From the NCBI GenBank assembly GCA_035084275.1, contig CM068747.1:25482001-25546000 (forward strand): 64,000 nt of DNA, read 5' to 3'. The stretch is from Hydrolagus colliei. Lineage: Eukaryota. A model generated the notes under the pieces. The model had not been told where the DNA came from and made no database searches. It saw only the letters and a program-made list of their open reading frames with translations. Below, piece after piece: positions 11,722-24,225 of the stretch. Made by a program: the position numbers and the translations under genes. The first letter of the stretch is position 1, and every line of letters starts with the position of its first letter.

Positions 11722-13207
11722 TATAGTGCTGTCAGATTCCGATATGATGCTTCAGTGAAAGACCATAACCATTTTTCAAACCGAATCCTCTGCTACCTAC
11801 TGTTCTACAAGGGTATTTTTTATGATCAGTCAAACGTGAGTTTAAATGCCAGTAGGAAAGGCTATTCAATAAATAAACCGTGCTGTTAAATAACTGCTAT
11901 ATTTTAGAAGGGTACAGGTAGGGTGGGCACGACAGTGGAGGGATTTAAAAGGTCAAGATGCTGAACTCGATTCTCTGGGAGATGGGAAAGGGAATCAGGT
12001 AATCAGTTGTTGCAGATTGTTGCAAACCTGCTGTTTGTATTGCCGCTGCCAGTCACCCTTAAACATTTATATTAAACTAGGATGCATTTATAATAAGAAT
12101 AAAAGTACTCATATTTCTTTGAATATAATCTGCTTTTGTTAAATGTATGTTTAACTACAGCTAAGAGATTATCTGCAGAAAATAAATCTTGTTCTGCCAT
12201 TGAACGTGAAACACTATCAAGATATTTTACATCAATTATTTTAGTTTGTTTTTTGAGGAATTTCTTTGTTAAGGGCTCCATTGTCTCAGATCTGAAAGCA
12301 AAGGTAATTCCATGGTTAAGTTTGGTGTGTGTGTTTGGGAATGGGGAGGGGAAGGAGGAAATGAAATATTCTGTCTGCACAGCTCAAGAGCACTGTGTTG
12401 TAATGTTGAGATTATAATGCGCTGGAATAGATAAAGACTACCCTTGTGGCTTGGTTATAATACATGGAGGTATTTGTAATTCATTATGTGGTCTGAAGGC
12501 AGTGTTTCATGATGAATTAGCTGTGATGAAACCTGTTTAATAGAAAAGTCAATTTAAGGAAACATTTGCTTAGGTATTCTTTTGCCTCATTGCATTATAT
12601 TGTGTTTCTTTGGAATGCCAATTGTGTCAATGGCTTTATTTTAACAATTCAATATTCTTTATTTGGGATACATTGCTATTCTCATAAATGGGTGATGTAC
12701 CTTTGTTAATAATACTCCTGGTTTATTCCGTATTCATGCAAGAAACGGCAATTACAGCTGCAGCTCTGTTTGATCACAAATAAAATAAGTCAGCTTTCAA
12801 TTAGATTGTTGAATTCTCACCCTTCCAATTCTCTTCTCTTCCAAGACAGGTTTATCATGTAAAACAATTGTCCCCAGTATACAGAAATTAAAATACATAA
12901 TTCACCATGACTTGTTCATCTAAATACATTGGAACGTGTATTAGGCTCTGAGAAAGTTCCATCTTGTTCACATCACAGCAAAATTTCTCAGAGTCTGTTA
13001 AAACTCTATGAACAACTGTCAAGGTCAAACTAATTATACAGTTGTCCTTGTAATGGTTTCAATTGCCTGCAGCCTGCATTATAAATACCTGTATGACTTA
13101 AACTTTGTAGGTTTAATCAACTGTCTTTATCACTGATGAGATTCAGAGTGTATTTTCTTCTCTCGATGCTTTGTATTAAGTTATCATCTGCACTGATTCT
13201 CTTTCAG

Positions 13208-13304
13208 GTAATGTTTGGAATCAAGAGTTTGACCCAATTATGGTGATTCATCGAACAGTGTATCGTAGAGATGTTCAGTCAGCCATGGATAGGTACATGG
13301 AATT
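13208..13304 (+). CDS. UBR3: UBR3 exon (GNVWNQEFDPIMVIHRTVYRRDVQSAMDRYMEF)
   Basis: tttcag| ... TT|gtaagt; phase 1-2. Confidence 0.93.
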
Positions 13305-14631
13305 GTAAGTACTTTTAAAAAAAAATTTAAGTGAGCTCAATATTTGTTTGAAAATTAGTCAAACAAAGCATCAAAAAATGTAAATTGTTTGAGTGACTCA
13401 CTCTCCCCCTCCCTCCATATGCCCCTCACCACCATAGATCTCATTTAGCTTTTCTTTCAAACCTGTATGTTTGTTCATTTTTTTTTAAAGACTGGATTAC
13501 TTGCAGTATTTTAAAAAATGGTGTAACACAAACACGAACCTACATCAAAATTATGGGTTCAATTGAAATGCTTGAATCTGATAAATTTACTGTACTATTC
13601 AGAGTGAGATATTCTTACAGTTATAAGGTATACACTGTGCCGTATTCATGAGCATTCTGAATATGGGACTTAAGGAGGGAGAGTAACGATGGCTGCTGAA
13701 GAAAGGATTCCCAAATATTAATCCTGTTCAGAGTTGGAATGAGGAGGCAGATGTGGACCAAACCAAATCCAGTAGTTTGTGGTCATTAGTTTGAGGATTG
13801 AATCTCTACCATTTGGAATTTTTTCCCCTGCTCTTTCTTCAATATTTCCAACAATGATTGAAGTTTTTTTGACATGATTTTGGCAAAGTGTAATTTCATT
13901 GTGTAATATGTTATTACTAGAGGCTTTCCCCTGTTGAAAAGAGCTGGTCTGGTTGATTTTGGGGGGTTATTTGGGGGTAATCCTTGTTGTGTTGATCTTG
14001 TGATGTGATATTGTAAAATATGTCAAAATGGGAGCCAATGGCTGTTCATCATGGTTTTTTTTTACAAATTAAGTACAGTAACAGTTTCAAGGTTTATGTA
14101 GCTTTATCGGCATATTTACTTAAAGACGAAGCAACCCTGTCCCATGGTTTTCTCAATTTTAAACTTGAATTAAACAGGAGAGTTCAAAGTAATTCCTTTA
14201 AAACACATGTGCAAAAAAAAATTGGCTACTTGCTTCAGAGTGCTTTTGCCAGAGTTTCCGTTTGCTGAAATGCCAGATATCATAACCTATTGAAAAGCTA
14301 AACCCTTCAAGTTTATTTGACCTTAAACAGGAAAGTCCAGACTCTGTAAAAGGTAGTAACAGGGGAGTATTTCTGCCAGTAATTGTCTCCAATATTTTGG
14401 TTTACAAGAACTGACTCTAGACTATTTTTTAAAAATTGATCTACAGCCTGCCAGTTTGACTAAATATTATGCAGCTATCACATTGGCACAATTTAATTGC
14501 AAATTGAACAAGCAATTTTCTTCCCTGAGGCTAAAGGTAGTTCAAGGCACATGTTAAAGCAATTCTGCAACCGAGTATGTCCTTCACATTTCCTTCCATT
14601 GGCCGATTGTTGGGTGTTAACTGAGGTATAC

Positions 14632-14931
14632 TGGAGTCCTGCAGCTCAGTGGTTAGAGCACTCGCCTTACATGCGTGAGACCTACATTTGAATCCAGGCA
14701 GGTCAGGACGAAACCTTGGACAAGTTTCCTTACCGCACACACCTAATAATAATCCCTCAAAAAAAAAAAAATAATATTGTTCATTTTCAATCCATTACTA
14801 TTTGTGGGACACTGCTGTGCGTTTCGCCCAGAAATGTACAGTCAATTCACTTTACAGTATATTCTGCAAAGTGCTTTGAGACGTCTAGAAGACATGAAAA
14901 GTGCTATATCAAATGCAAGGATTATTATTAT
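14632..14931 (+). mobile_element. tRNA-derived SINE
   Basis: Same family, with an internal deletion. Confidence 0.9.
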
Positions 14932-15088
14932 TCTGTTACTTATTAGTGATAACATTTGGAGAAAGAAATTAACTTCCCCATTTTTTTGCTTCTCGTTTAT
15001 GAGTAATTCTTAGTTTCATGAACAGAAAGTGTTTATTTTCTATTTACTACTATCGAGTGCTTTAATTTTCTTCTTTACTGTTTGACAG

Positions 15089-15230
15089 CCTGAAGCAGAC
15101 GGGAAAATTCTCTGGAAACCCGTGGCCACCGTATCGGGAGAGAACTTCTCTAAATCCCAACTACAAAGGTCTTATGCGACTGTTGCACTGTAAAACTTTA
15201 CACATTGTGCTATTCACTCTTCTTTATAAG
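15089..15230 (+). CDS. UBR3: UBR3 exon (LKQTGKFSGNPWPPY...FTLLYK)
   Basis: tgacag| ... AAG|gtaaca; phase 2-0. Confidence 0.95.
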
Positions 15231-15407
15231 GTAACACACGCATGCACAGATATCTGCAAAATAATATTCATAAAATAGTACAAGCAATCAAAGCTATCAA
15301 GTTTATGTATATATTTTTAAAATTATTAAAGATAAATTTAGCACTGGTGTTGCTGGGGCATGTCCAATGTAACAACCTTTCAGTAAGATCAGGATTTTAC
15401 AAGGTTA

Positions 15408-15660
15408 CATAAGAACATAAGAATTAGGAGCAGGAGTAAGCCATTCGGCCTCTTGAGCCTGTCCCACCATTCAATAAGATCATGGCTGATCTTCTAACCT
15501 AACTCCCCCTGCCCACTTTATCCCTTAATCCCTTTGTCCATAAGAAATCTATCAATCTCAGTCTTGAATATGTTCAAGGACTGAGTATCTACAGCCTTTT
15601 TGAGAATTCTTTAAATTCACTACCCTATGAGTGAAGAAGTTTTTCCTCAACTCAGTGCGA
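15408..15660 (-). mobile_element. CR1 LINE 3' end fragment
   Basis: cataagaacataagaa-ttaggagcaggagt, as at 28346. Confidence 0.8.
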
Positions 15661-15776
15661 AAAGCATGTTTGATAGTTTCATTGAATGAGATGATGTACT
15701 CGTTTTATCTGCTGTTATCGTTTGTATATTTCAATTGGGTGGGTGAATATTTCAGAATAGTCTTGTTTTTTTTAAG

Positions 15777-15878
15777 ATCTCCATGGATCACCAGAATATG
15801 TCTGAACATATCCTGTGCATGGTGTTGTACCTGATTGAGCTTGGCCTGGACAATGTTTTGGATGAACCAGTTAATGAG
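15777..15878 (+). CDS. UBR3: UBR3 exon (ISMDHQNMSEHILCMVLYLIELGLDNVLDEPVNE)
   Basis: ttttaag| ... GAG|gttggt; phase 0-0. Confidence 0.9.
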
Positions 15879-17176
15879 GTTGGTACAAATTGCTGGACAA
15901 AAATGAGCAGGCGGCTTTGTGACGGAGGATATTAAATACACTACAAGACCTGAAGCAAATTCAATTTCTCCATTCCATTGCCTATCAAACCCTTGTTCAC
16001 GAAAGGAGATACAACAAATTATTGCCTGGAGTTTTCTGTCATTAAATTCTGTAATGTGGTTCCAAGGCTATATATATATTTTTAAAAAGTCTCTTTTATA
16101 ATGTTCAAGATAATACTTTAGTAATTTTACCCTCCAGTGCAATCAATTTATATTAAAAGTATAACATTTTCTTTTGGAGAGGACACATTTTTAAAAAAAA
16201 AGTATTATATTTCCACTCCACCTTGTTACCACACAATACCTGACACACACACACAGCAGCGGTTTTGCAGACGTCACCAATGCTGCTCTGAACTCCCCCC
16301 CCCACCCCCCCCCCCCCCCCCCCCCCCCCCGCCCATTTAGAGGTACATTAGAATGGCCTAGGTAAAATATTCCTTCATTTTATTTACTTTGTTCTCAAAG
16401 AGAGCACTTTTGCTACTTCTATTCGGTTGAGGTCCCTTATAGTGAGTGCAGATCAAAGGCAACATCCAGCCTGCGCCCATTCTGTGCCACTATTTTGGTG
16501 ATCTGGAAGCTGTACAATCTGCCTCCATAACTAAATGGCTTTTATTCACTTGAAAAGTGATGCTGAATGCAGGACCAAAGAGGTTATTATTTTTGTTTAC
16601 CATGGAGCTTGACATGCAATAGAACTAAATTGTGGTTGAGAAGTGGTTGCATAATGTAGTTGGCGAAATGCGTACCACATCGGAAATTATTGAAAATATA
16701 AGTTAAACTCATTGTGAAGTACTGCTCAATAATATGCTATACAGCAGTTTGTCAGATGATAGGTAGCAGCAGACTGCTTTGCTTGAGGGTGCTGACAGTT
16801 GGCTTTAGCTGCTTGTTTGATAGATCAACACTCTGTGCTGCCTTCAGGGAACAGAGCAGGTGTTTTGAGCTTGAAAGAGAGTGAACCAAAGAGGACAAAA
16901 CACTTATCCTTGCACAGTGAAACCATTTCCACTGATTACAATTTAGGAAAAAAAAAGACATTCATATTGTTTTGAAAATGCAAAGGCTGCATTACACTTT
17001 GGTGTACAATATGACTGTTATTAGAAATTAAATAGTCATCTGTTTTTTCTGTGTAAGAATGTTACTCAACAATGACTGGGACAATTTATAAATTTAAGTT
17101 CTGATGAATTTTCAATAAAGACTTTTTTTGTTGCGGTCCATTTATCAAATATTACAATCAATTCTTCTGCTTGAAG

Positions 17177-17344
17177 GAAACACTTGAAGAACAATGCAGT
17201 GATAGTTGGTTCAATGGGACCAACATAGTGACAAATCTTCACCACGTTATTAACTATGTTCGAGTCCGGGTTCCAGAGAATGCCCCTGAGGTCACCAAAG
17301 AGACACCTGCCAGTACCAGCTCAGATACCTCTACATCTGTGCAG
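17177..17344 (+). CDS. UBR3: UBR3 exon (ETLEEQCSDSWFNGTN...NYVRVRVPE...TSVQ)
   Basis: ttgaag| ... CAG|gttagt; phase 0-0. Confidence 0.9.
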
Positions 17345-18099
17345 GTTAGTTTAATTGCACTTTAATTCAAGTGCAATTAAAATTGCTATCTTTAACTGTT
17401 GTTCAAAAATATGTGAGTTCATGTTGTCCATTATCTGTGTGCGAGCATTTCACACAGCTCTTAATTGGTTTTTGTTTGGGTAACCCATAAAATAAATTCA
17501 CTGTGCTTACTTTAGAGGTTGATATGTTTAAGGAAATAATGTACTTCCCATGTTAGACAAGTAGTTCTGTACAAAGTGCTTCTTTAGCAATTATGTCCTC
17601 ATTCTGTTCCGAAGGTGATGAATTGCCTTGAATGATCTCCTGAGGGCAGAAAGCGACTATTGTGTATGTGCTTTATCTGTTTCCTGGCTGCATTTCACTT
17701 CAGCTGAAGTCTATAAGACAAAAGGAAGGGTTTTTTAAATTAGTCGTATTGAAACACTGAAGTAGTGGTGGACACATTGTATTTTGTCTTAGCAAGCCAA
17801 CATGATTGATAGATTGGATCAAAGCAGAAATCCATCAGTGTGCCTTCTTCCTCAAGTTGACAAGGGTACAGAAGTCGATTTTTAACTTCTACCACAATAC
17901 TGAATTCTATTTTAGAATTTTGTCATCTTTAGCAAACTACTGAGCTGTTGGTTTCACACAACATCCAAAACAATGGTTACACTTATGAAGACACATTTAT
18001 GAAGTTTAATTAAGGATGTCCTAATGGAACACAGTGTGGTAAATGGAAGCTGCCTTTCAGCTGATGAAAGGCATTGTGGACAATTGAAAATTTCTCTGT

Positions 18100-18385
18100 C
18101 GCTCTTGTAGCTCAGTGATTAGATCACTCGCCTTACAAGCGTGAGACCTGTGTTCAAATCCACGCAGGTCAGGGCGAAACCTTGGGCAAGTTTTAAACTG
18201 TCCAAAAAACACCACAATAATAAAAATTGGTTATTTCAATCCGTGACTATGTGCGACACTGCCGTATGCAATTGGCTGCCGCGTTTCGCCCAAGTATACA
18301 GTCAATTCACTTTACAGTATATTCCGTGAAGCTTTGAGACGTCGATAAGATGTGAGAAGCGCTATATCAAATGCAAAGATTATTA
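18100..18385 (+). mobile_element. tRNA-derived SINE
   Basis: Same family. Confidence 0.9.
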
Positions 18386-19059
18386 TATTAACATTATCTA
18401 TTTTCAACTGTCCAGTTGGTTATGATTAAATAATGGGCAGTGAACATTGGTGGTAAAGCTTTAGAATAAAAATATTTATATTTCTAGAATATTGTCGTGC
18501 TTTACTCACACCATTAGATTTAGATTGATATTCTGCAGTTTGGACTTAGCTAAAGAGCAAATAATTTATACTTTGCATTTGGAAAAGAGGGGGCTCCTTA
18601 TAGAGGGAAGTTCCTTATAGCATCCCTTAAACATGCCTCTGGAAGCTCCACATTTAATGAAAATTTATTTTCTTTATCTAATGAAAATTTTACAATACTA
18701 ATAATAATCTTTTTGATAATACTGCAGTACCTTTCAAGTCAGGGGGGATGTTCCAAAGTGCTTCACAGGATTTACTGTGAAGTGGAGCCACTGGGCATTT
18801 ATAGGTGAATGTGGCAACCCAATTGCATTCAAAAGAGCCATGAAGGGAATGACCAATTGTGTTTGGGGGATTTTGGGCCAAGATACCGGGCAATACTCCT
18901 TTTTCTTTTCAAACACTGCTGTGGGATCCTTAACGTCCACTTATAACACCCGCCCCCCCCCCCCCCCCCACACACACTGCATTGGAGTGTCAGCTTGTGA
19001 GATGAAGTCCTGACACGGAGGTGAGAATGCTACCACTGAGCCAGGACAGTTGGGAATGA

Positions 19060-19310
19060 AACCAGGAAGCATTTTTTTTCACGTGAATGATTGAGAAAAT
19101 CTGGAATTCTCTCCTCCAAATAGTTATGGATGCTTGGTCAATTGCAACATTCAAGACTGGAGATCAATCAGTATTTGTTAAGTAAGGATATCAAGTGATA
19201 TAGAGAAAAGGTGGGGAAATGGAGCTGAGATATAGATCAGCCATGATCTAAAAGACCCCCCCACCCACCGAGGCCTGAGGGGTTGAATGACCTACTCCTG
19301 CTCCTATGAC
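19060..19310 (+). mobile_element. CR1 LINE 3' end fragment
   Basis: gatcagccatgatct ... cctactcctgctcctatg. Confidence 0.7.
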
Positions 19311-20001
19311 ACACAAACTAGGCTGCCACACAGATTTGAGTATTGTACTATGTATTTCAGATTAGAAATAAATTATAGCTTCTAGTATTCTACAATGCTA
19401 GGCAGAGTAGCATATATTGTTTTCAGTAAACTCATGTTTGAAAAGACTTGTATGTTTTTGTCTTCTGATTCTTTTGCATGTTTTGTGTATTTTTCTTTTT
19501 GTTTCCTTACATCCATCCACTTTTTTTGTTGCCTTTCTTGAGTGCGGTTGAGAAGGGGATTGATTTGTACACCTCTTATTCAATCAATAATAATCAATCA
19601 ATAATTACATTTATATAGCACCTTTCATGTCGGGAGGATGTCCCAAGGCGCTGAACAGTCAGGTAGGGACCAGAGCAGCGGGGAGGGGTCGGGGGAAGGA
19701 GAGTAGGAAAATTTACTGTATATTTGTGGGCGAAATTCTCCCATGATTCCTGTGGTAATACACAGGCTTGATGGAAAAATGTTTTTGTATGCAAAGGAAA
19801 TAGTTTTTCCTCCTTAATTTTAATTTCTATTATTGTTTGTGGGTTGGTTGCTGCTGGTTTTGTCTGCTAAGATTAAAATATTCCACAACTTCTGAAACAG
19901 CAAACGTTTACACCGCCTGCAGACCAACATAAGGTGTTTCACAACACTTGTGTTATTATACCTTTTTACTCTGCTCTTCTGTGTTTTTCTCTCTATGGTA
20001 G

Positions 20002-20034
20002 GGTTCAAGAAGGTCCTCTGCCTTCAACCGAGAG
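20002..20034 (+). CDS. UBR3: Candidate alternative microexon, 33 nt (GSRRSSAFNRE)
   Basis: Long pyrimidine tract + tatggtag|, GAG|gtactt donor; phase 0-0 like the host intron; no stop. Confidence 0.65.
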
Positions 20035-20458
20035 GTACTTTTAATTGTCTTGCTTTGAATAATCTGCCTGCCTGCCAGCATGGCCTTTGTTCCTGCCTAA
20101 AATGTTGCTCCTAAAAATTAGCCTCACAGGTGACACAATTGAGAGCACTGTTTAAAGTTGTTTTACTTGATTCAGGTCATGCCTTTTAAGTTACAACTAA
20201 CTCCGAGTACATCTGTAACCCTATCCTTTATGTTGTGATTTATACAGCCTGTCCTGATTTCATAATTTTTTTTGTGTGTGAAATCCAAAATTATTCCTTG
20301 AGTGATGTTTGAATGCATTTGAAAGGTGTATTTTATTAAAAACAGTGCGCAAAATTGTTTCCCATCAGGTGTGACGGTAGTTCACATTGACACTATTTTT
20401 ACTTTTCAAATCTAATGGTAACATTTTTTAAAAGTGTTTTTAAATTCCTCTGTTTCAG

Positions 20459-20922
20459 AATTCAAATGCAGCTCAGGTCTTTAGCTTAGTCGCAGAACGT
20501 AGAAGGAAGTTTCAGGAGATGATAAACAGCAACAGTAGCAACGCTAATCAGCCTCCAGATGTCAGGCCAAAGACATCGAAATGGACAACTCCTAGTTCAA
20601 CTCCACAACTAACGACAACCATTTTAGAAATCCGAGAAAGCATGCTGTCTCTTCTAATCAAGCTTCATCATAAACTCTCAGGAAAACAAAACTCTTACTA
20701 CTCATACTGGTTAGAAGCTTCAGACTCCGCACCTCGGGTAGACTCAATGAAACAGATTCACGGCGATGGCATCACCGCCATAGAAAGGATTTTAGCGAAA
20801 GCTGCAGAACGCAGTCGTCAGAACCAGAGCAGCATTGAAGAGATTTGTCAGAAGGTGACACCACCTCTACCTCCTAAGAAGAGCAGCTCATCAGATAAAA
20901 AAGCTTTAGACAAAGAAGAAAG
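20459..20922 (+). CDS. UBR3: UBR3 exon, 464 nt (NSNAAQVFSLVAERRRKFQE...LDKEER)
   Basis: tttcag| ... AG|gttagt; phase 0-2. Confidence 0.95.
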
Positions 20923-20975
20923 GTTAGTGGTTTGGCCGAAGTGGGAATTCAAAACTTATCATAAAAATAATAGTT

Positions 20976-21075
20976 ATCCTTGCATTTGATGTAGTGCTTT
21001 TCACGTCTTCTAGACATCTCAAGCGCTTCACAAAATATACTGTAAAGTGAATCGACTGTATATTTGTGGGTGAAA
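20976..21075 (-). mobile_element. SINE 3' fragment
   Basis: Reverse complement of the SINE tail (tccttgcatttgat...cacaaaatatactgtaaagtgaa). Confidence 0.85.
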
Positions 21076-21934
21076 TATATTGTCAGTAAGCAAATGAAAA
21101 AATGTTCAACTTTAACTTAATTTCATTTACCCCCCCCAAAAATGTACATTACATTTGGAAATTCCAATTTCATTTTATTTTAGTTTTGAAGCTTGCTGTT
21201 AACTTTACAGTTAAACATTTCTAACTGCTGAAATGCAATGCATGCAGTGGAATGCAAAATCCATTATGCTGCATCAATACAACAAAACAACAACAAAATT
21301 ATACTTACGCCTTTCACGTCAGGAGGACGATTTCGCGTCAGGAGGACAGTACATCAAACCTCTCATTCATTTGTAAATATCTGTTTTTTGTAGGGATCAA
21401 TTAAGTTGCTATGTAGTATCGGGCTGGGGGAAAGCGGAATTTTGTGCTTTTTTAAAAAAAAATCCTTCCAACTTATCTCTATAGCTGAAGAAGTACTGCA
21501 TTGTTAGTTTTTTTTTAAGTGCAAAATGGCTATTTCTGCATACGGTACATTTTGTGTAAGGTCCCAAAGAAACTGCAGAAGCTCGTGTCTGTTTCAGGTT
21601 TAATGTATTGGATTAAAATGAGAACTAAGTTTCTCTTCACTTCGCATAAAGTGTAAATTATCATATCCAATGGTAGAGTTCCAGGAACATTGCTTCAGCA
21701 GATATCTGTAGGGGAGGCACAATTTATTTGGGAGCAAATTATTGTGTCTTTAATATCAAGTAATTGGACAAATGATTCTAGGAATAGTCTTGTTATTTAC
21801 CAAATACATAGTTATTTAAATATTTGCGATGTTATATTTCAAATTTGAGATTAATTTCATTTTTTTACACTACTTATGCTTTCCCAACAAGTTTACAGCT
21901 GTTGCAATTCTACTATGTGCAGAGTTTGATATGC

Positions 21935-22371
21935 GGAAACAACTCCATTGACTCCCCATCACCCAGAGGATCCAATTCAAGTTCCTGGTCCTCACCTTCA
22001 ACGCCCTCCACGGCCTTGCTCCACCCTCCCCACGTCCGCGACCTCCTAACCCTCTACTAACCAGCCTGCCCACCCACTCCGCTCAGCAGGCTCCGGCCTG
22101 CTCCATGTCCCCCGCCCCACCCGCCTTCAGCCACTCTGCCGCCAACCTCTGGAACTCCATCCTGCAGTCCCTCCACCTCGGCCCCCCTTCCCTGGCCTCC
22201 TTCAAGTCCCACCTGAAGACCCTCCTCTTCGGCGGTCCCATCAGTCACCTCAAATCCCTCCCCTTCCCTCCACCCTGAGCCCAGCTTGGGTCTGAAACCA
22301 CAACAGTCCAGCGCCTTGGGAAGTCCTCCTGATGTGAAAGGTGCTATACAAGCATCATTTTGTTGCTGTTA
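21935..22371 (+). mobile_element. L2-like LINE 3' fragment
   Basis: LH*LPITQRIQFKFLVLTFNALHGLAP; NLWNSI; FKSHLKTLLF; (TTG)n tail. Confidence 0.85.
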
Positions 22372-24136
22372 TGAAAATAAGTACTGTATTTGGATAAAGC
22401 CTCTGTAAGATATGTGATGATTCCTGCAGTTCCTGAAAACTGATTTTGTTGTATGTGTTTTTTTGCTGCAAAAAATCTCTATGTTCCCACATTACCACCC
22501 TCTGATGTCAGCAAACACATTCACCGAGAGAGAGCAAGAGGAACTGACAGGTTTAAGATTAAGATTAATTCAATCAAATAGCACTGCGTGGCTGAAATAG
22601 GCGAAACTTCAATTCATTTTGGGGGTTTCAAGTTAGATTTGTTGGTAATGAAGATGGAATGGGCGATGTACTGGTGATGATTCCCCATTTTTTTTCATTG
22701 CCCTGACCTGCAGACAAAGACAAAGGTGGCATCTCTCACAAGATAAGTCGTCACCATAGAAACAGTCGCCCTGCGAAAGGAGAAGCCAAATTGCTGCTGA
22801 TATTTTTCAGCCTGACTCTGTCTACCCCTTAAACTGTCAGGAAAAAATTACTGAGCTGGATGGGATCTGTCAGAGTATGTTTATGTCTTCTTATTAGGGC
22901 TCTCTATTTACAATCAGGCCAGTGTTATTTAAAGCTGCAGGGAAATCTTTCGGCAGGGAACACTAAAAGGACTTGAAAGGCAGTTTCATTCAGTCTTTCT
23001 AGGTCTTTCCTCCCAAATATATATTTTTAAAAGATACAATTCGACTGCCGTTGTTAACCTTGTATTGGCCATCTTATTTCATCTCCTTATTTGCCCCCAA
23101 AAGCATTTGCGACTCCCAACCAAAAGTCTTAAATGGGCCTTGGTTGATTTAGAAAGTCCACCATATATTTGCGGGGAAGTGCACTCGAAATGATGCCCTT
23201 TTAAGAGTTATTGGCGGTGTACAGGCCCCGATTTTGCCTTTCTCACCCACACGCTTAAACTAGCCATTCCGTACAGCAAACCGTTTTTTAGTTTATTTTG
23301 GCAGCAGTCTGTGAGCTGATCTTCAATCACAGTTTATTTGTGTGCAAGATGGCCATGAGGAGTTGATGTCAGTATCTTCCCTCCACAATCTCCAAAGCTT
23401 CTCTGGATCTTTCCCCCCCCCCCCCCCCCGATGGCTGACACCTTCAAACATGCATCTGAAGAACCATATGCCTCTCATGAATACTGAATTTTGAAAGGAC
23501 CTTCAGGTCGGACATACTATTATCCTCCCCACTCTATGTAAGTTAATTTCAACAAATAGTACAAGGTGACTCTGAAAGTAAAATAGCTTTCGTTTGAGAC
23601 CACTCAATTAGTTGAAGTTATTAGTCCTTCCTCCAGCCACTTTCACCGGTTACAGATCTATTCCACAATCTGTATCTGAACAAAATTTAGAGGGTGACAA
23701 ATCTCAAACCGATGTTTGGTTTCTTTAGTAATTGTGTTGGTTTGCACTTCTCAATTCAGTTTGTAGCAAATCAGATTATTTGCAAACATGTGGATTGAGG
23801 TCTTGGACTTTTTGCGGGGAATGTTCCTAAATATCTTGGTTAGTTAGCCTGAGTTCAATATGTCTTTGTGGTTGGGATAACTACTCGGAAGTCTGTTTGT
23901 CAGCGTATTCTTTTAAAAGGTCACAACACGCATTTATATAGTGAGTGGGTAGCTTCTTGGCAGTTTGCTTTACTTCAGGAGTAAGTTTGTTTCCACAGCT
24001 CAGTACTGTAGTTCACAAGAAAGCACATTCTGAATCTCAGTATGAATTATGCAGAGGTGAACTTTTCTTGGTATGTATGCCTTTTACTAATGGCAGGATT
24101 TGGTTCCTTGTGCTTCTTTACTCCCCTCCCCTGTAG

Positions 24137-24225
24137 ACGTCAAAAAGCCAGAGAGAGACAACAGAAGCTGCTTGCTGAATTTGCTTCAAGACAAAAGAGT
24201 TTCATGGAAACTGCAATGGATATTG
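24137..24225 (+). CDS. UBR3: UBR3 exon (RQKARERQQKLLAEFASRQKSFMETAMDI), basic-rich region
   Basis: ctgtag| ... G|gtaagc; phase 2-1. Confidence 0.96.

Noticed and set aside
11404-11889. Recurring 'CEKRYIKCKDYY' Cys-rich ORFs suggesting a peptide family
   Set aside because: Translations of the same SINE tail in several copies.
16294-16335. Long poly-C runs (also about 18952 and 23413; poly-G at about 52160)
   Set aside because: Simple homopolymers whose lengths are unreliable in assemblies; no further structure.
19450-19575. Long pyrimidine tract suggesting another microexon
   Set aside because: The first acceptor is a poor GAG followed by an in-frame TGA, and there is no good donor.
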